From Podarcis tiliguerta (taxonomy: Eukaryota): DNA of 64,000 nucleotides. Location: assembly GCA_965153285.1 (NCBI GenBank), contig OZ229113.1. The stretch is one strand, 5' to 3'. Below the pieces are notes generated by a model. The model was not told the DNA's origin. It searched no databases and worked only from the letters and a program-made list of their open reading frames with translations. A program made the translations under genes and the position numbers. Positions 14,001-28,600 of the stretch are shown in pieces; positions within the stretch are counted from its first letter, which is position 1, and every line of letters starts with the position of its first letter.

Positions 14001-17000
14001 GTGGTTTAGAAATACTTAAATAAAAAAGTAAAACAGCTAAATGCAAAGTATTGTTAGAAAGTCAGTTCTCCAAGAGAATGTTTGTACTGGTCCCTCTTTC
14101 CCCAGAACATATACTAAGAACAACTGATGCAGTTTACTTTCCATCTTTGGTGGTGTCAGATTAATGTGCCATATCTTGGTTTTATTACAAAAATGGTAAG
14201 AAATGCTGAATGGTATTTCCTCATGAGGAAGTCCACTGGATGGGAAGGACTCCAGCCTGCAATTAGAAGTAGCAGGGCTGCAGCCTCCTATCATCAGAGC
14301 ACCCCAAGACAGCATACTCTCAGAAGTGATCATTTATTAAAAATTCCTATTCTGCACAAAGAGCTTCAAAAATAGCTGCTCTATAAACCATCTCATTCTT
14401 CCAAAAGGAAATATTCAAAGGTTGTCCAGTTTATTTTTTTGTAAAACACTTTCCTTTTCCCAGTACCGAGGCACTATGAATAATCCAACATAATAAATTT
14501 GATTTCTGTTCAACCAGGGTGGTTGGGGTATAGTGGGGATATAATAGAGCAGGGAAAACCCAATTTAATGCAGCTTTACAGCAGCTTACTCATATCCCTG
14601 GCAAATCAATATGGTGGTAAAATGGCAGGTGGCAAACAGCTTCTGATCTATCAATCTCCACTGGAAGGAAAACAAGTTCTGCAGAAATTCTATCAGCACA
14701 CTACACGCAACGGCCACCCCACAAAACTGCCTCTGAGAATCTGTTGTCTATACAGGCAGCCCCCCTGTTTACACAGGGTTTACGTTCCGAGTGTGCATCG
14801 GTTCAATTGCGTATAACTGAAACCCACTAAAAAAGCCTGCAAACACCCCACCCCATTGCGCCCTTTAAGTGATGTTTTTATGACGTTTCCAGGTCACTTC
14901 TGGGTTCGGCGTGATGTGCGTTTACAAGATCAAACACATACTGGACACATGTAAATGGGGGAGCTGCCTGTATCTACAGTCCCAGTCCAGAAAAAGAAAG
15001 TACTCTTTAGTTTATAATAACTATTTTAAATCACCAAGACTCTGAAATGCATTACCAATTCTTCATTTGCTTTTTCCAGTTCTCCTTGCTCTCTTTCCAA
15101 AGTGTCCTGCCTCTCTTGCTGCCTTTTTCCTTCCCTCTCTTCCCATTTTTGCTCCTCCTGCTCCTCCTCCTCCTCCTCTTCTTCCTCCTGTTCTTCAGGA
15201 TGCTTTTGATTCTCCAGGGCTGTTATTTCTGCTCCACCTAATACATAGAGGGCAGTATTAAGCAAAGAAAGACAGTTTTGCATTCCAAAGCATTAAATCA
15301 AACACAGTTAAAGTATATGGATGCATATTATTCCAAACAGATAGGTACTTAACAGTGCATAGAAAAGACTAATTAATCCAGAGAAGCAGAATATGTCAAG
15401 TCCTGCCCAAACTGTATTCAGCTTCCTTTACCTCCATTTAATGTATATTGGTGATTTTCCAACTCTATGGCTGCCCAATAAACTCTCTACATAAGACTGT
15501 GCAAGATCAGTAAGCTACAGAAAACCTACCTGTGCCTAGTCATCATGATGGTGCAGTAGGGTACAGAAATATATTAATAGTTAGGGTACATTTTGTTGAA
15601 ATGTCACAAAACAAAATTTCAAGTACACCAGTTTCAGCTGTCTAACAGAAATAGCAGGCTTGAGAAGAGGACTGCTGCAGGGCTCCCTGTCACAAATATT
15701 ACCCTTTCAACTGCCCCAATATGCAAACAAGAAACATGTTACTTCATAGAGCTTCTGTTTCTCTCAACATTTGCCCTCTGGAATCCCCATTTTCCATACA
15801 AATTGTTGAAAGTGGTCACTATGCAGGGAGAATAGTTACTATCAAGCTCACTCCCCACCCATCTCGAATTCCCCTAGGTTCCTTTGTTAAGCCCTCTACC
15901 CTTGTTGCCTTATCTTCAAATGTCTAACATAATTGTGTGCCTTCCTGTTACAGGTATGGAAAAGCTTAAAAATTATGTTCTTAAGTTGACTGAAGCAGCT
16001 CTAAACTGAAATATATTATGAAGATATTCTGTTATGGACAGTAGCCAGTTTAAAATAATACCATTTACTGTATTTCAGACAATAGCTGCAAAAGCTTCAG
16101 TTTCCATATACTTTGATAAACAAGCCATCTAAAATGGCTATTCACACTTGTTTGAGCTGAAAACTCACTTATGTCCTGCTGTGAAGTGCCCGCTGCTGGC
16201 ACAGTAGCCGGAACATGGATTCCACTAACAATCTGAGATGGATGTGACACATCGCTTTCGAGCTGTTCTGGAATGTCCTCTTGATCTAGGGGAGAAGTAG
16301 GAACAATGCCCTCATTATTCTGCAATTATCAAAGCAGGGCAAAGAAATGGACACAGTGTGGGAATGACTGAGTTCAGAATGCATAAGTGTAAGCCATTAA
16401 TTAAGTGCTCTTCTTGGCCAAGCCAACCATTACCCTAAGAATGAAGAAACTTCAAATGGGCTGTTTTAATCAGAATCATGGGACTGTCTGGCTTGGAAAC
16501 TAGTTCTTACAATATGTTTCCTAAGCAAAGAGTCTAAACAGCTTCAACTCAATGTGGACTTTGTAGGATTAAAATCCACCAATGAGACACAAGCATGAAT
16601 GCAAAATATGGAGAGCCTGGTTGCATTTGAGTCACTTCCATAAAACAAAACTTTCAAGTTTCCTATAGTTTTGCCTCTTCTCAGGCTGGAGTTTATTGGT
16701 GTTTGGTAGGGCTTGCAAGAATCATGTCCCTCTCCAGTTGTTTCAACTCCTCTGTCACCATACATAAACATCACTGTAACAGGTTCTGTCAGAAAGCAGC
16801 AGTCTGTTATCTTTTAATATCAGGTTTTTCATTACTGTTATTATATACATCTTGTTTTTATAAGGAACAGCAACATCTGTAGGGCCACAACTGCCATCAC
16901 CCCTAAGCAACGGCCACATAGGCTGTGGCTTATGGGAGTTACAGTCCAACACCATCTGAAGTGCCAAAGGTTCTCCATCCCCAAAACAGATTATATCAAA

Positions 17001-17913
17001 ACATAACCTGGCTAATTTACAGGCTCAATATCCAGACGATTAGTATGAGGTACCTGTCACATGCAGCATGCCACACATCTTACAATATTTTTGTATACCA
17101 TGCCCCTCCCTCCTCAGCCAAACCTCTGCTGCCAGTGATAATGTATGCATGTGTACACATGTGCCCATCCATCCTTTCATATCCATCTACAAACACTGAG
17201 AAAATCAACACAAGGAACTGTGTGATGGCAGCAGAAGCCAACAAGTTATAGTTGCATTTTTTTGGCAAAGCTTTAATTTGCACTCCCTCAATAGTTCTGT
17301 CCAACCAAAATTATAGTTTGTACTGTATATCCAGTGCAGTAACCCCCTCTTTCATGCACTTACTGGTTTTCCCTGTGCATTATCCAATTCAAACATTTTT
17401 CACTTTCATTAAATCTCATTATTTTACATCACATCTTCTAAGTTTTAAACCAGAGCTTTCCAAACTTTTCATGTTGGTGATACACATTTAAGACATGCAT
17501 CATTTTGCAAAACAGTAATTCAGTTTTACTAGCAAACCGGAAGTTAAAGTAATCCCTTTCCAGCCCCGGAAGGAGCGCAAGGAGCATTTGCATGACACAA
17601 CTACACACTGCAGCCAACACACTAATGTGTCACGACACGCAGTTTGAAAAGCTCAGTTTTAAACTAACTCTAGTTTTTCATTTCCAGGTTGTGGCAAACA
17701 TCAAATATACTAAAATGTCTATCAGGAGAGTGCCAGAGTTTCCCAAAGCTCTGACTTCATACTTTGCCTATGCCAGCAATGGAGATCTTTAAAGGCCTCA
17801 CCAATATAACCTGTACAGCTTCAGCTTCTGCATATTTTGCTTTTCTACTAATGTGGGTTCCCAAGCCCAATGTGTAAATCATACAATGTCCAATACCATT
17901 CCCACTAACATTT

Positions 17914-17949
<36 letters not shown>

Positions 17950-19647
17950 ATTAGGGTAGGCTTCACTTCTATGCATTTTATATGTTAAGACCATTACACA
18001 GTTGCTTGGTAAAAGGGGTGGCTTAAAAGACACCCCCATTTCCTTAGAACGCGTCGAGAGGTTATGAAAAGCCAAAAAAATAACACCTCAAGAGTCATAC
18101 TTAAGTGATTTCTGCCTTTAAAAAAAGGTGGCTCCCAGATATAAAATTTTTGCATTGCTTCTTTCTGAAAAATATAGTAAAAACTTACATTTACTGGCAG
18201 ACTCATCATTTCCAAGGTCAGAGTCATCATTTCCAAGGTCTTTATACAGGAGCTTCTCAGGTTTTGCAGAGTCACTAACACCCTGAGTTTCACCTTGCTG
18301 CTGATGAAGGCTAAAAGGAAGGAAGGATATGGGAGAAAAGTGATTATATTTAGTTTAGAAAAGTTTCTAAAACGTAAAGTTAATAGCCCTGTGTCACATC
18401 TGCAGAGCACACCCTGGGCATAACATACAAAGACATGAACATTAGTTACAAGAAAAGTTTATTAAAGCTCTTTGTTTTGCTCTTGCAGGAGGAGCCTTTA
18501 TGCACAGTCTTCCCTATGCCAGCATCAACCATCAGAAAACTGAGTTAAGGTTGTATGGAGGGGAAAAACCATAGCGAGGTTCCTCCATAGTGAGGTTCTA
18601 TAGTCTGGATGACAGCTTCCATGCTGTCCAAGTGTTCTAATAATTCAGATTTCAGTCATACTATCCAATATCTAAACTCATGATCTCATATTCACAATAG
18701 CAAGGGTGCCTCATCATTTTATCAACTTGCATACCACTGTACAGTACTCTCTACCTTCTTCCTGATGCACTATTACCAAACACACCAACTCTTATGGGAT
18801 ACAGCTCTCAAAGTGGAACAACATGGTCAGGATATGGACCCACAAAAGTTAAGCAACCTCTACTCACTCACCACTACCCCCGAGTCTGCATGTTAGAGGC
18901 CCACTACTATCTCCATCTCTTTTTGAATGCAAGGGCACAGCCTTCAGCAGCAAAAAAAAACCACACAGCTTGTATAAGGGATTAGGAAATGTTTGGTATA
19001 TCTCCATGTTTCTGTAATGTATTAAAAATGCAGTACACAAAAAAATACTGTAACTACTAAAGTGCCTGAGGATAAACCATTCTCTTGGAAGAATGTTTTG
19101 ATTACGGATATCAACAGGTAACACACAAATATGGGACATGATATAGCTGAAGATCTTTCGCCCCTATATAAACATTACCTTAGTTTTTGTTTGCAAGAGG
19201 CTAGGGAAGAAGAAACTGATATATTAGAAGCATGTTCAGGAGATGAAAGGTTGCCTGTTCTTTGAATGGGGGAGAGAGGTTGGTCTGCATTCTGATGAGG
19301 GGCAGCAAAAGATGAGGCAACTGTATCTGCAGAACAGAAGGCAGCCACATATTACTGTGCAATAGTATCTGAACAGCTACTGTAAGCTACAAAACACTTA
19401 ATACCAGTGATGTGCATTGGAAATCGTTCCTGGAAAACCACAAAATACTTTAAGGAGGGGTAAAAACACAGGAACATTGGAAGACTTTGGGTGCTTAAAA
19501 GATAGGCTTGGTACTCTCTAACACTGGTTTTCAGATTAGAAAAAATACAAAATAATTTTTTTTGCACAGTACTTCTCACTTAAGTTTATCTCCATGTTTT
19601 GATTAAATAGCAGGAGCAAGAGAGTGTTTAATCAGAGTACACACACA

Positions 19648-19680
<33 letters not shown>

Positions 19681-22600
19681 TGTACGTACACACACATACA
19701 TACACACACACAAAGACTACAGAGTGTCAGTAAGTAAAAGACTATCAGTTTCAATGATAGTGTGGCATTAAAAGGGGGTTAGATGAAAAACAGCATTTCC
19801 ATGTTTGCAGCAAGTAGAAATGGACCAAGGGAAGGAACCATCACGGCAGAAAACTCTTAATATCAGTAGCTCTTGATATCCACACAAAGCAACTTCACTC
19901 ATAATTCATGAATATCAAATTGCTTACCTTCAGAAAACAGCTTGTTACTAATATTTCTCTTTGCTTTGGAAACAGGAGTAGAAGACAGACGTCTAGAAGT
20001 AGACTTCTTCCGTGGAGGGGTTAGATGATCTTTCAAGTGATCCCCATTTCCTGGTGTCCATCTATAGCTTTTATTTTTTTGGCAGTGAAAGGGTAATTCT
20101 TGGGAATATAGATCATCCTGTGCAAACCAAAGTCTTTGGCGAGATGCCATGTTACTTGCCATAGGTGAAGAGAATGTGCTTTTTGCTGGGCCAGCTGTGG
20201 TTTGAATGGCTCTGTATTGGTAATTCCTGTAGGCCTCTTCTAAATATTCAGCTTCTCTCTCCAATTCTTTTATTCTAGTCTTTGTATTAGCTACAAATTC
20301 TAAATCAGAATCTTGTGAAGTGTTAGATTTCAGTATGTGGTGATGATGTCTGGGGCTTGTACCATTTCCCATTCCAATAAAATCAGCCATTGGCTGTGTT
20401 TTCAGGAAAGCACCATCTATATAAATATCAGGAGGTACAGTCTTGTCACCAAACAAGTCAATGACAGAACGATCAACCAAAGAGGGCTTTGGATTCCGAT
20501 ACACTTCATTTTCTAATGCTACAGGCAAGAATTTAATAGAGATAAAGAAAACAATTTAAGACAAATTTTGATTTGGTCATTGTATAATTAGCATGCAAAA
20601 ATGAAAACTGAACTTACCTTACATTTTAATATAGTTATTATACACACAAATCCAACATGATTTAATATAGCAAAAAACCTCAAATTTATTTCAGGTTTTT
20701 AAAGTTAGTATGATCAAACAAAATGCACAGAAAATATTCAAATTAAGCTGAAAGTGTCAGAGCCACAAAAGAAGAGAGTTAGATCCAAAGAGCTGCCTAT
20801 ACCAGCAGAAGGCCGTTACACACACAAGAATAAAATGTTTAAAATCAAATATAGAAGTATAATGAGAGTATTTGCCTAGTCATTTCAAGATCTGAGGAGG
20901 AGTATTAGGTCTCTTAAAGCTACAGTAAGGTACCCAAGGCGGGGGGGGGGGGGGGGGGACGCAACCAAATACACAGAAAGCCACATTTAAATTGGACTTA
21001 ACTCAATTTCAGAAATTGTGATTTCAAACAAATAATGTTGTAACAGAAAGGAATGATTGGGGTGGGTAAATAAGAAAATCTGAGTTGGGAGAAATAAAAT
21101 ATAGTTATGGAAGGTTTCTGGCTAAAAATGGCATAGACTCTTTTCATTTCTTGGCTCTGATAAAGGAGCCTTTAGTCCATGAAAGGAGCCTTTAGTCCAT
21201 AAAAAAATGTTATTCTTTAAGATGCCACAAGAATCTTTGCTGATTCTGTTTCTGAACTGTCAGATATTGTCTACATATGGTCAAGATCTTTCTCCATAAT
21301 AAAAAAATGTTTTAAATTTAAAAAATCACAATATCAGACTTTTACAAAAAAACCAATACATGACATTTTTCATGTGTATTATTTCAATCCGCTCCAATGC
21401 TTAAATAAAATTGCTCTAAATAAAGCCTGATCTTATTCGGAGTTAGCCCAAAAGTGGAGAGGATTTTTCAAACCTGTCTGTGTCTGTTTCAGTTGTAGCT
21501 TAAGGTCTTCCATTTGTAGATTTAACTTCCTGATAGTATTTTCACATTCCGACAACTGAGTCTTCAGCTGTACACAATGTTCAATCTAAAAAGATTTCAG
21601 AAACAAAATGCCTTACTAATTCAAGAGCATTCTTAACACACTGAAGCAAATAATCCATATAGTTACAAATGAGCAATCAGCCCCCCAGGTCTCAAATGAA
21701 TGAACTGGTGGAAGGGAGGCAGAGAGAAACAGATATTTTGATTTTGAGAGCACCAGTTCCTCATCTAGAGAAATGAAGAATATGAATGTAGTCTACACTT
21801 GGCCTTTATTTCGGAGAATTTAGTTGTCTAATTCCTAAAGTATAATATTAGCACAGTAAGCATTTACAACACTAACAATTTACTTAGTGTCATGCAAAGA
21901 GTTCTCAATTCAGCAGCAAATACAAGTGTAGAGGGTGTGCACTGCTTTTGCAGGATCAGACTGTATTTTTTAACGCTGGTTTTAGACTTTAATAATTTGG
22001 AGTGAGGAAAATGTGGTTGATGAATTTATGCTGATTCTATTGTGTTTAAAAAAGTATTTTTTAGAAGAACAAGCGTAAACAACAACAAAATGGCACGTTT
22101 ACCTCATTTTGTAACTGTTTTTCCAAGAGCTGCTTATGAGTGTCAGATTCTTCACCTTCAAGCTTCCTAGCATGTTTTGCTCTTTTCAGCTCTGCCTCAA
22201 GGACCAAATATTCAGCTGATGGCCGACTCAACTCTATAAATGGGGGGGGGGGGGAGGGATAAAGTTAAAATCTAACCTTGCCAGGAAACACTGCATCTGA
22301 TAAACAGATACTCTGTAGCAGGCCACCCAACTACAGTGCTACCTCGGGTTACATATGCTTCAGGTTACACACTCCGCTAACCCAGAAATAGTACCTCGGG
22401 TTAAGAACTTTGTTTCAGGATGAGAACAGAAATCATGCTCTGGCGGCACGGCGGCAGCGGGAGGCCCCATTAGCTAAAGTGGTGCTTCAGGTTAAGAACA
22501 GTTTCAGGTTAAAAACGGACCTCCGGAATGAATTAAGTACGTAACCAGAGGTACAACTGTACACTCTTTAGTGTCCCGTGCTATGATTCAAATGGTTTAA

Positions 22601-25600
22601 CTCATGGAAAGCCCTGGATGCAGGCAGTCACTGAACATTATTCTTAGCATTAATCAGGACTTAACGAAAGATTAATAAGGTTCCATCCAATAATCAGAAA
22701 AACATTGGTGTGGGTTTTGCACAAATCAACATGGATACTGAGGACAGCACAGCACAACAAACCAAGGAGAGGAGCAAACAGTGGACTGCAGATAGGCCTT
22801 ATGAAGTCCTATTGGTGAAGCTCCTTCAAAAACGTGAGTCATTGTTCTGTGTTTTTGGCTATCTTAGCCTCTGGGGCATCAAAACACTCAAGTACATAAT
22901 ATACACATTGACATACACAACTTATAATAAGGGCATATAACCAAGCCAATTGAGGTCCCTCTATATCTGAGGTTTTAGCTCCTTGCTTGAATCAGTCATA
23001 TGTATATAATCAGCAAAGCACATATGCTTTACCTTTGGCTAGCTACTCCAGATTTTATATCTTGTGCAACACAATTTTAAAGAAAGCCCATTGATGTCAT
23101 TGTCACTATTCAATAGGTCCAGTGACAGTCTTGCAAAAGATAGGTGCAGATAAGTAGTTTGGAACTTTAGGAGTTACTTCCTGAAGCACTATGAAAACCC
23201 TGAAAAACCCATTTAGTTATGACAGAAATACAAAAGAAAAACAAATAGATATTTAACACAGAGAAACAAATAAAAGAGCAGACATGCTATTACATTTCTA
23301 AAATGTATTTTCTTTGCAAATCTTGCTAATAAATTTTTTCAAAGAATATTAGATTCACACTAACTGTCTCGGAGTTCCAAGTTTTCATTGCGAGCCTCTT
23401 CCAACTGTTGTTTGAGTAGCTTATTCTGCACCTGAAGTTCCATTTTCTCTTCTTTTAGTGTTGGATAATCTGAGACTTCTTCCAGTTTTTTTGTCATCAA
23501 CTGATTTTGCTTGCTTAATAATAAAACTTGAGCCTTGACTGAATCTATTTCCAGCTGGAAACAAATACCATATGGGGGGGGGGGAGTTAGTAGACCTCTT
23601 CCAGGATATAACTGGATAATTTATTCATCTGAATTATAAAGGTAGTAAAAATATATTGCTAAAACAGACATTTTAACTTCAATTACCTCAAGCTCTTTTG
23701 AATGTGATACAGCATGTTCAAATTCTTGCTTTTTTGAATTAAGAGAAATGGTCTCTTCATGCAAAAGCATAGCTTTATCTGGTCAAAAACAGGGAAGTTT
23801 TATATTAGACATATTTCACTAAATAAAAGTCAAACATTTGTTTTTGAGTACAGTGGTGCCTCGCAAGATGAAAAGAATCCGTTCCGCGAGTCTCTCCGTC
23901 TTGCGGTTTTTTTCGTCTTGCGAAGCAAGCCCATTAGCGGCTTAGCGCTATTAGCGGGCTTAGCTGATAAGCGGCTTAGCGGATCAGCTGTTAAGCGGCT
24001 TAGCGGCTTGGGAAAAAGGGGGGGGGGAGGAAAAAAACCCCGCAGGAACTCGCAAGACATTTTCGTCTTGCGAAGCAAGCCCATAGCAAATTCGTTTTGC
24101 GAAGCACCTCCAAAACGGAAAACCCTTTCGTCTAGCGGGTTTTCCGTCTTGCGAGGCATTCATCTTGCGGGGCACCACTGTAGTAGGGTTTTTTAAAATA
24201 GAGAGATAGAAATAAAAAGCACCTTTAATTTTTTTCTCATCTTCAGTAATTTTCTTGGTTCTAGCTATGTATTCTTCATTTAGTTCAAGCTGATACCTAA
24301 GAATAAAAAGCATTGTGGAGTGTTGCCAAATTATTGAAGACTTTTAATTGATTAAGCACTGTCAGCTTCGATTCCATGTGTCTTTATAACTAAAGTCATA
24401 GTAGCTTTATCCTGGATAACTAACCATATTCAATCTTCAGATTCAAATCAGAGGGAGAACCCATATATAAAATTATCGTCCTAAACACAATTAACAGCTA
24501 GTTGAATCCGAGCAGATGAACTCAATTGAAACTTGCTTAAAACAGCACTCTTGGTTTCTTTTTGTTCAAAGTTGGCACAGGAGGAAAGAGGCCAGTATAT
24601 CTGTGTACCCTGTCCAGCAGCATTTCCTTCAATCATGACAAGCCTACAAAATTTAATCTGAGTTTAAATATTTGAGCATCTCCTGATTAAATATTGAATA
24701 TTTGAGCATCTCTTAATTAAAATCTAAATTCCTAAAACAGCAATTGCTAGCCTTTTTAAGGCAGAGGATCACATTGCCCTTTGGTCAGCACTCCAGGGAC
24801 TGAAGTATAGAGGTGGGCATGGGCAATGTGTGAAGTACCGTACTTTTCTGTGTAGAAAATTAGGTTTTTCTCTCTAAAAATCATGCTAAAAAGTGGAGGT
24901 CGTCTTATACAAGGGGAGTGCATAGGGTGTACGTTTGATTGGTTTCTGCCATGGCTGCCAGCGGCTATTATTGGTTGTTATTGGTTGCTGTGTCAATGGG
25001 TGGTGTTTAGTGGCCGACGCTGCGGCAATTGGGCAGGCAATTGGCAGCTTCTACTGGTGAGGGAACAGATAAGCTCAACAACCCTGGGTAATCCCGCCCC
25101 CCCAAAAAAGCTCAACAGCTTTGTGCCATCTCCCCCATTTTCTTAAATTTGAGTCCCCCAAATAGGGGGCATTTTATACATGGGGGCATCTTACATACAG
25201 AAAAGTACGGTACAAAAAAATATAGGGGAGCAAATACGACCTGTGGGCTAGTCACCCCTGCCCTAGTAGAGTTTCAGGTCATTGCAAGAGGATGAACAAG
25301 AAACCTCTATAGGCTTGCTGCTTCCATTACTCTCCTCTTGTCCATAGGGCAAGAGCTCCAAATTCCATCTCTTCACATCAGACTGACAGAAACATCCCTA
25401 GTATATAAAAATGCTCCATAAATGTTTCACTTATTAGTATATTCTGTCTGTCTCTACTATGCAACTACTTTTCTATGTGCATCATATGCAGTTACTGAAG
25501 GAGACAGGCAAATTAATTACTTTAGGAGTTCGTTCTTTAGTTTCTGGTCATAAGTCTCTTCAATGTTCTTCACAGTTACCTCTCGATGACGAAGTGCATC

Positions 25601-28600
25601 TTCTACAGTTTTATTTTTTGATTCTTGAAGGTTTTGAGCTCTGAAGCAAAGAAAGAAAATGCACAATAAAACAATCCTAACAGAACAAATCAGGTGACAG
25701 AAGCATCAGAAACATGATGGGGAACTTATTATTACAGTGGAACTCACAACAAAATGCTTCAATATGCGCCTAGGAGTGCTCTTGTCCAACACCCTGGCCA
25801 GCCTAGAACAATAATCTTGGATTAATATTCTGGCCTCGTGGGGGGTGGGGTGCTGAGGTAAGAAGCAAATGGCTATTCTGCCACCCCATTAGAGTTCTTT
25901 TTTTAAAGTTCTCTTTTTTTGTACCCCTCAACCCTTGAGATTTTCACCAAGCTTCCTACCATCTCCCTCATATGTGGATGCAGCTATCTTAAGTACCCAC
26001 ACATGGAGAACTGAGTTTGCTATTTGATTTGTTATTATGTTTTTACTTGGTAGGTTTAAAGTGACTCAGATGATAATGTGTCTTCAGACCCCCACATTTC
26101 CCATAATTATCATATGGACAATAGTTTCATATTCAAATGTTCCCTTCTGTAACTACACTTCCCTTCCAATCAGTTGTTTAGAGCAAGAATAGCAGTAAAG
26201 CTGGATGTCAGCTTCTTCAAATACCCCTCTGCATCCAAACCCTTCCACCCACACTGTGCTTTGCAAAGCCACTTTTAACAGCACCTATGCTACTTCCCAT
26301 AGTCAATCCCAAACTTATCATCAGCTTAATCTCCTTCCCACATGGCACTGTTCCCCACCCCAAATTTCTTCACTATGTCAAAACAAAACAAAAAACATCC
26401 TGGCAGCTTAAACTACCTTGCCATACAACTCTCCAGGGTCACTATTACCCATTCCGGTTTGACTGCAAATGCTGGCAAATTACAAATTCCACACTCTGCA
26501 CTGCATGATCACAGAGATCTGTATTAAAGCATACTGCAGCAATCACTGGTATGTCAGATAGTTTACAGCATAGCTACCAAGCCCTGGCAGATCTAAATGT
26601 GGACTGTGGTAAAGATTAGGCCTTAAATCTGACAACCCTACTGTTGAACATATACTACTGATTTCAGGAAATCTTGAACAACACCGGCTCACGAACTAAT
26701 TATTTAGGACTGCAAATGCTGAAAGTAAAGGAATTACAAGAGAGGATGAAGCTTATTCCTCTATTTCAAAGGTTCACCAGCTCCCTCTTCTGGGTAATCA
26801 GAGGGATTTTCATCTATCATTAAACTGAAGGAGAGGGAAAGGGAATTCAAAGGCGACAAACTTAAACTGCCTAATCAGTTAATTATGGATTCCTGAGCAA
26901 CTATGCTTAAATATTATTTATTGTATGTATTTAACTAACAAAAGTTGCATACTTATTTGATGGAAAACTTCTAAGCAGTTCACAAACCCATATTCTCCTA
27001 AATATACATCAGGACTAATGGCAAAACATCAACATGCACTGTTGTCAGTATCTAGATGGTTTAATTAAAAAACAAAAAAAATGTATTGACTTCAAGACAA
27101 ACTGTCAAAGCAATGCCAACTTTTCGATGAAACACCATAAAACTCAAGTTAACAGGGAACAATTCTGCCGCTAAAAGCAGCTGGATAATACTGTTTCTAG
27201 AGGTGTAACATTACATTTAATGAAACAAGATTAAATGAAGCTTCATACTAACTGTAGCATTTAGAAGGCCAAGAAAAATATGGGGTTTCCCCCCAACTAA
27301 AGTTATATGAATGTTTAACAACTCACAGTTCAAAAGCTTCTATTCTCTGCTTCAGTTCTGCCTCTCGGGATCTTACTGTTTCAATATCTTTCAGCAGGCT
27401 TTGCCTTTGCAGATAAATTTCCCTTGCATCAATCTATTGGAAAAAACATATTTGTATTATAAGCAGCCCCAAATGTAGCAACAGCTGCACATTCTATATG
27501 AGATTTGGAAGGCTGTATTCACAACTAGCATTCTATTGTTAACTGGTTGCTGGAACTGCCTGTACTTCATTATGCAGTTTGCTGATAAAATTAGTTACTA
27601 CTAGAAGACTTAGCAGTAGTTACAACAGGTATCTTATGAGTTATGGGAAGAGTTCTATGATTTATTTATTTTTAGGTGGCTAACAGTGCGAAGGGAATAA
27701 GACGCAAATATTAGGACATGGAAGATGCATTTCCACTTTTTCAAATACAGCATCCCACACAATTACTTATGCAGTGCATTTTAATAGCAGGTGGTCACAT
27801 TTTTCGGCACAAATTGCAGATTAGGAACAAACCACATAGAAGTAACCTGCAAGCAAAATACATAGTCATTCCCAATACATTTCCCAGTATGGCTCTTGAT
27901 ATAGGATAAAACCTCCATTCTATTTAGTTCATTTTTTTCAAACATTACCTCTTGCTGCTTCTGAAGCCTCTCAATAGCATTTCTTTCTCGAGAGCTTAGA
28001 GCCTCTGACTTGGCTCTGTGAACTTTTTCAAATTCTTTACGAAGCTCTGAAATCTCTTTCTGGGATTGTGCTCTCTCGTCCATCTTAATTTTGGCTATTT
28101 CAACCTCTTTGAAGTGTTGCAACTGTGACATTCAAAATAAAATTATAAGTGTCAACTGTCACATAAAAACATTAGATCACAGGTAGATGGCTAATTCTTG
28201 TGACTAGCAAATCCCTCCTGTGTAAGAATGTGATAAAGTACCATGGTAAATCCACTGCTCTACAACTAATCAGATCTCCCAATTTTCCTTTTCTTAAAAG
28301 CAGCTGTTGGGTGAACAGGCATTTGCAGCAAGCACTGATGCATGCAAGGATTAAGCCACATTATAGCCCTGATCCAAGTCACTTCCTATAGTTTTTAAAG
28401 ACAAAGTGATCTAATCACAGATCTCCTGTTTAATGTAAGTTTGGCCATTAAGTGAACAAGCAACTGAGACAGAGCATTTAGTTGATCCTGCAACTTATCC
28501 CTATGATTACTCCTACTAATCATAATGTAAACAGCCATGTCTTGCTCAATAAATGTTTGTCCTCTGCTTTTCCTTCATGTATTTTGTGTACTCTGAGAAA

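Noticed and set aside
23759-24313. Overlapping 109-145 aa ORFs on both strands
   Set aside because: They arise from the palindromic GC-rich MITE; only 24223-24296 and the end of exon 23687-23778 are real OFD1 coding sequence.
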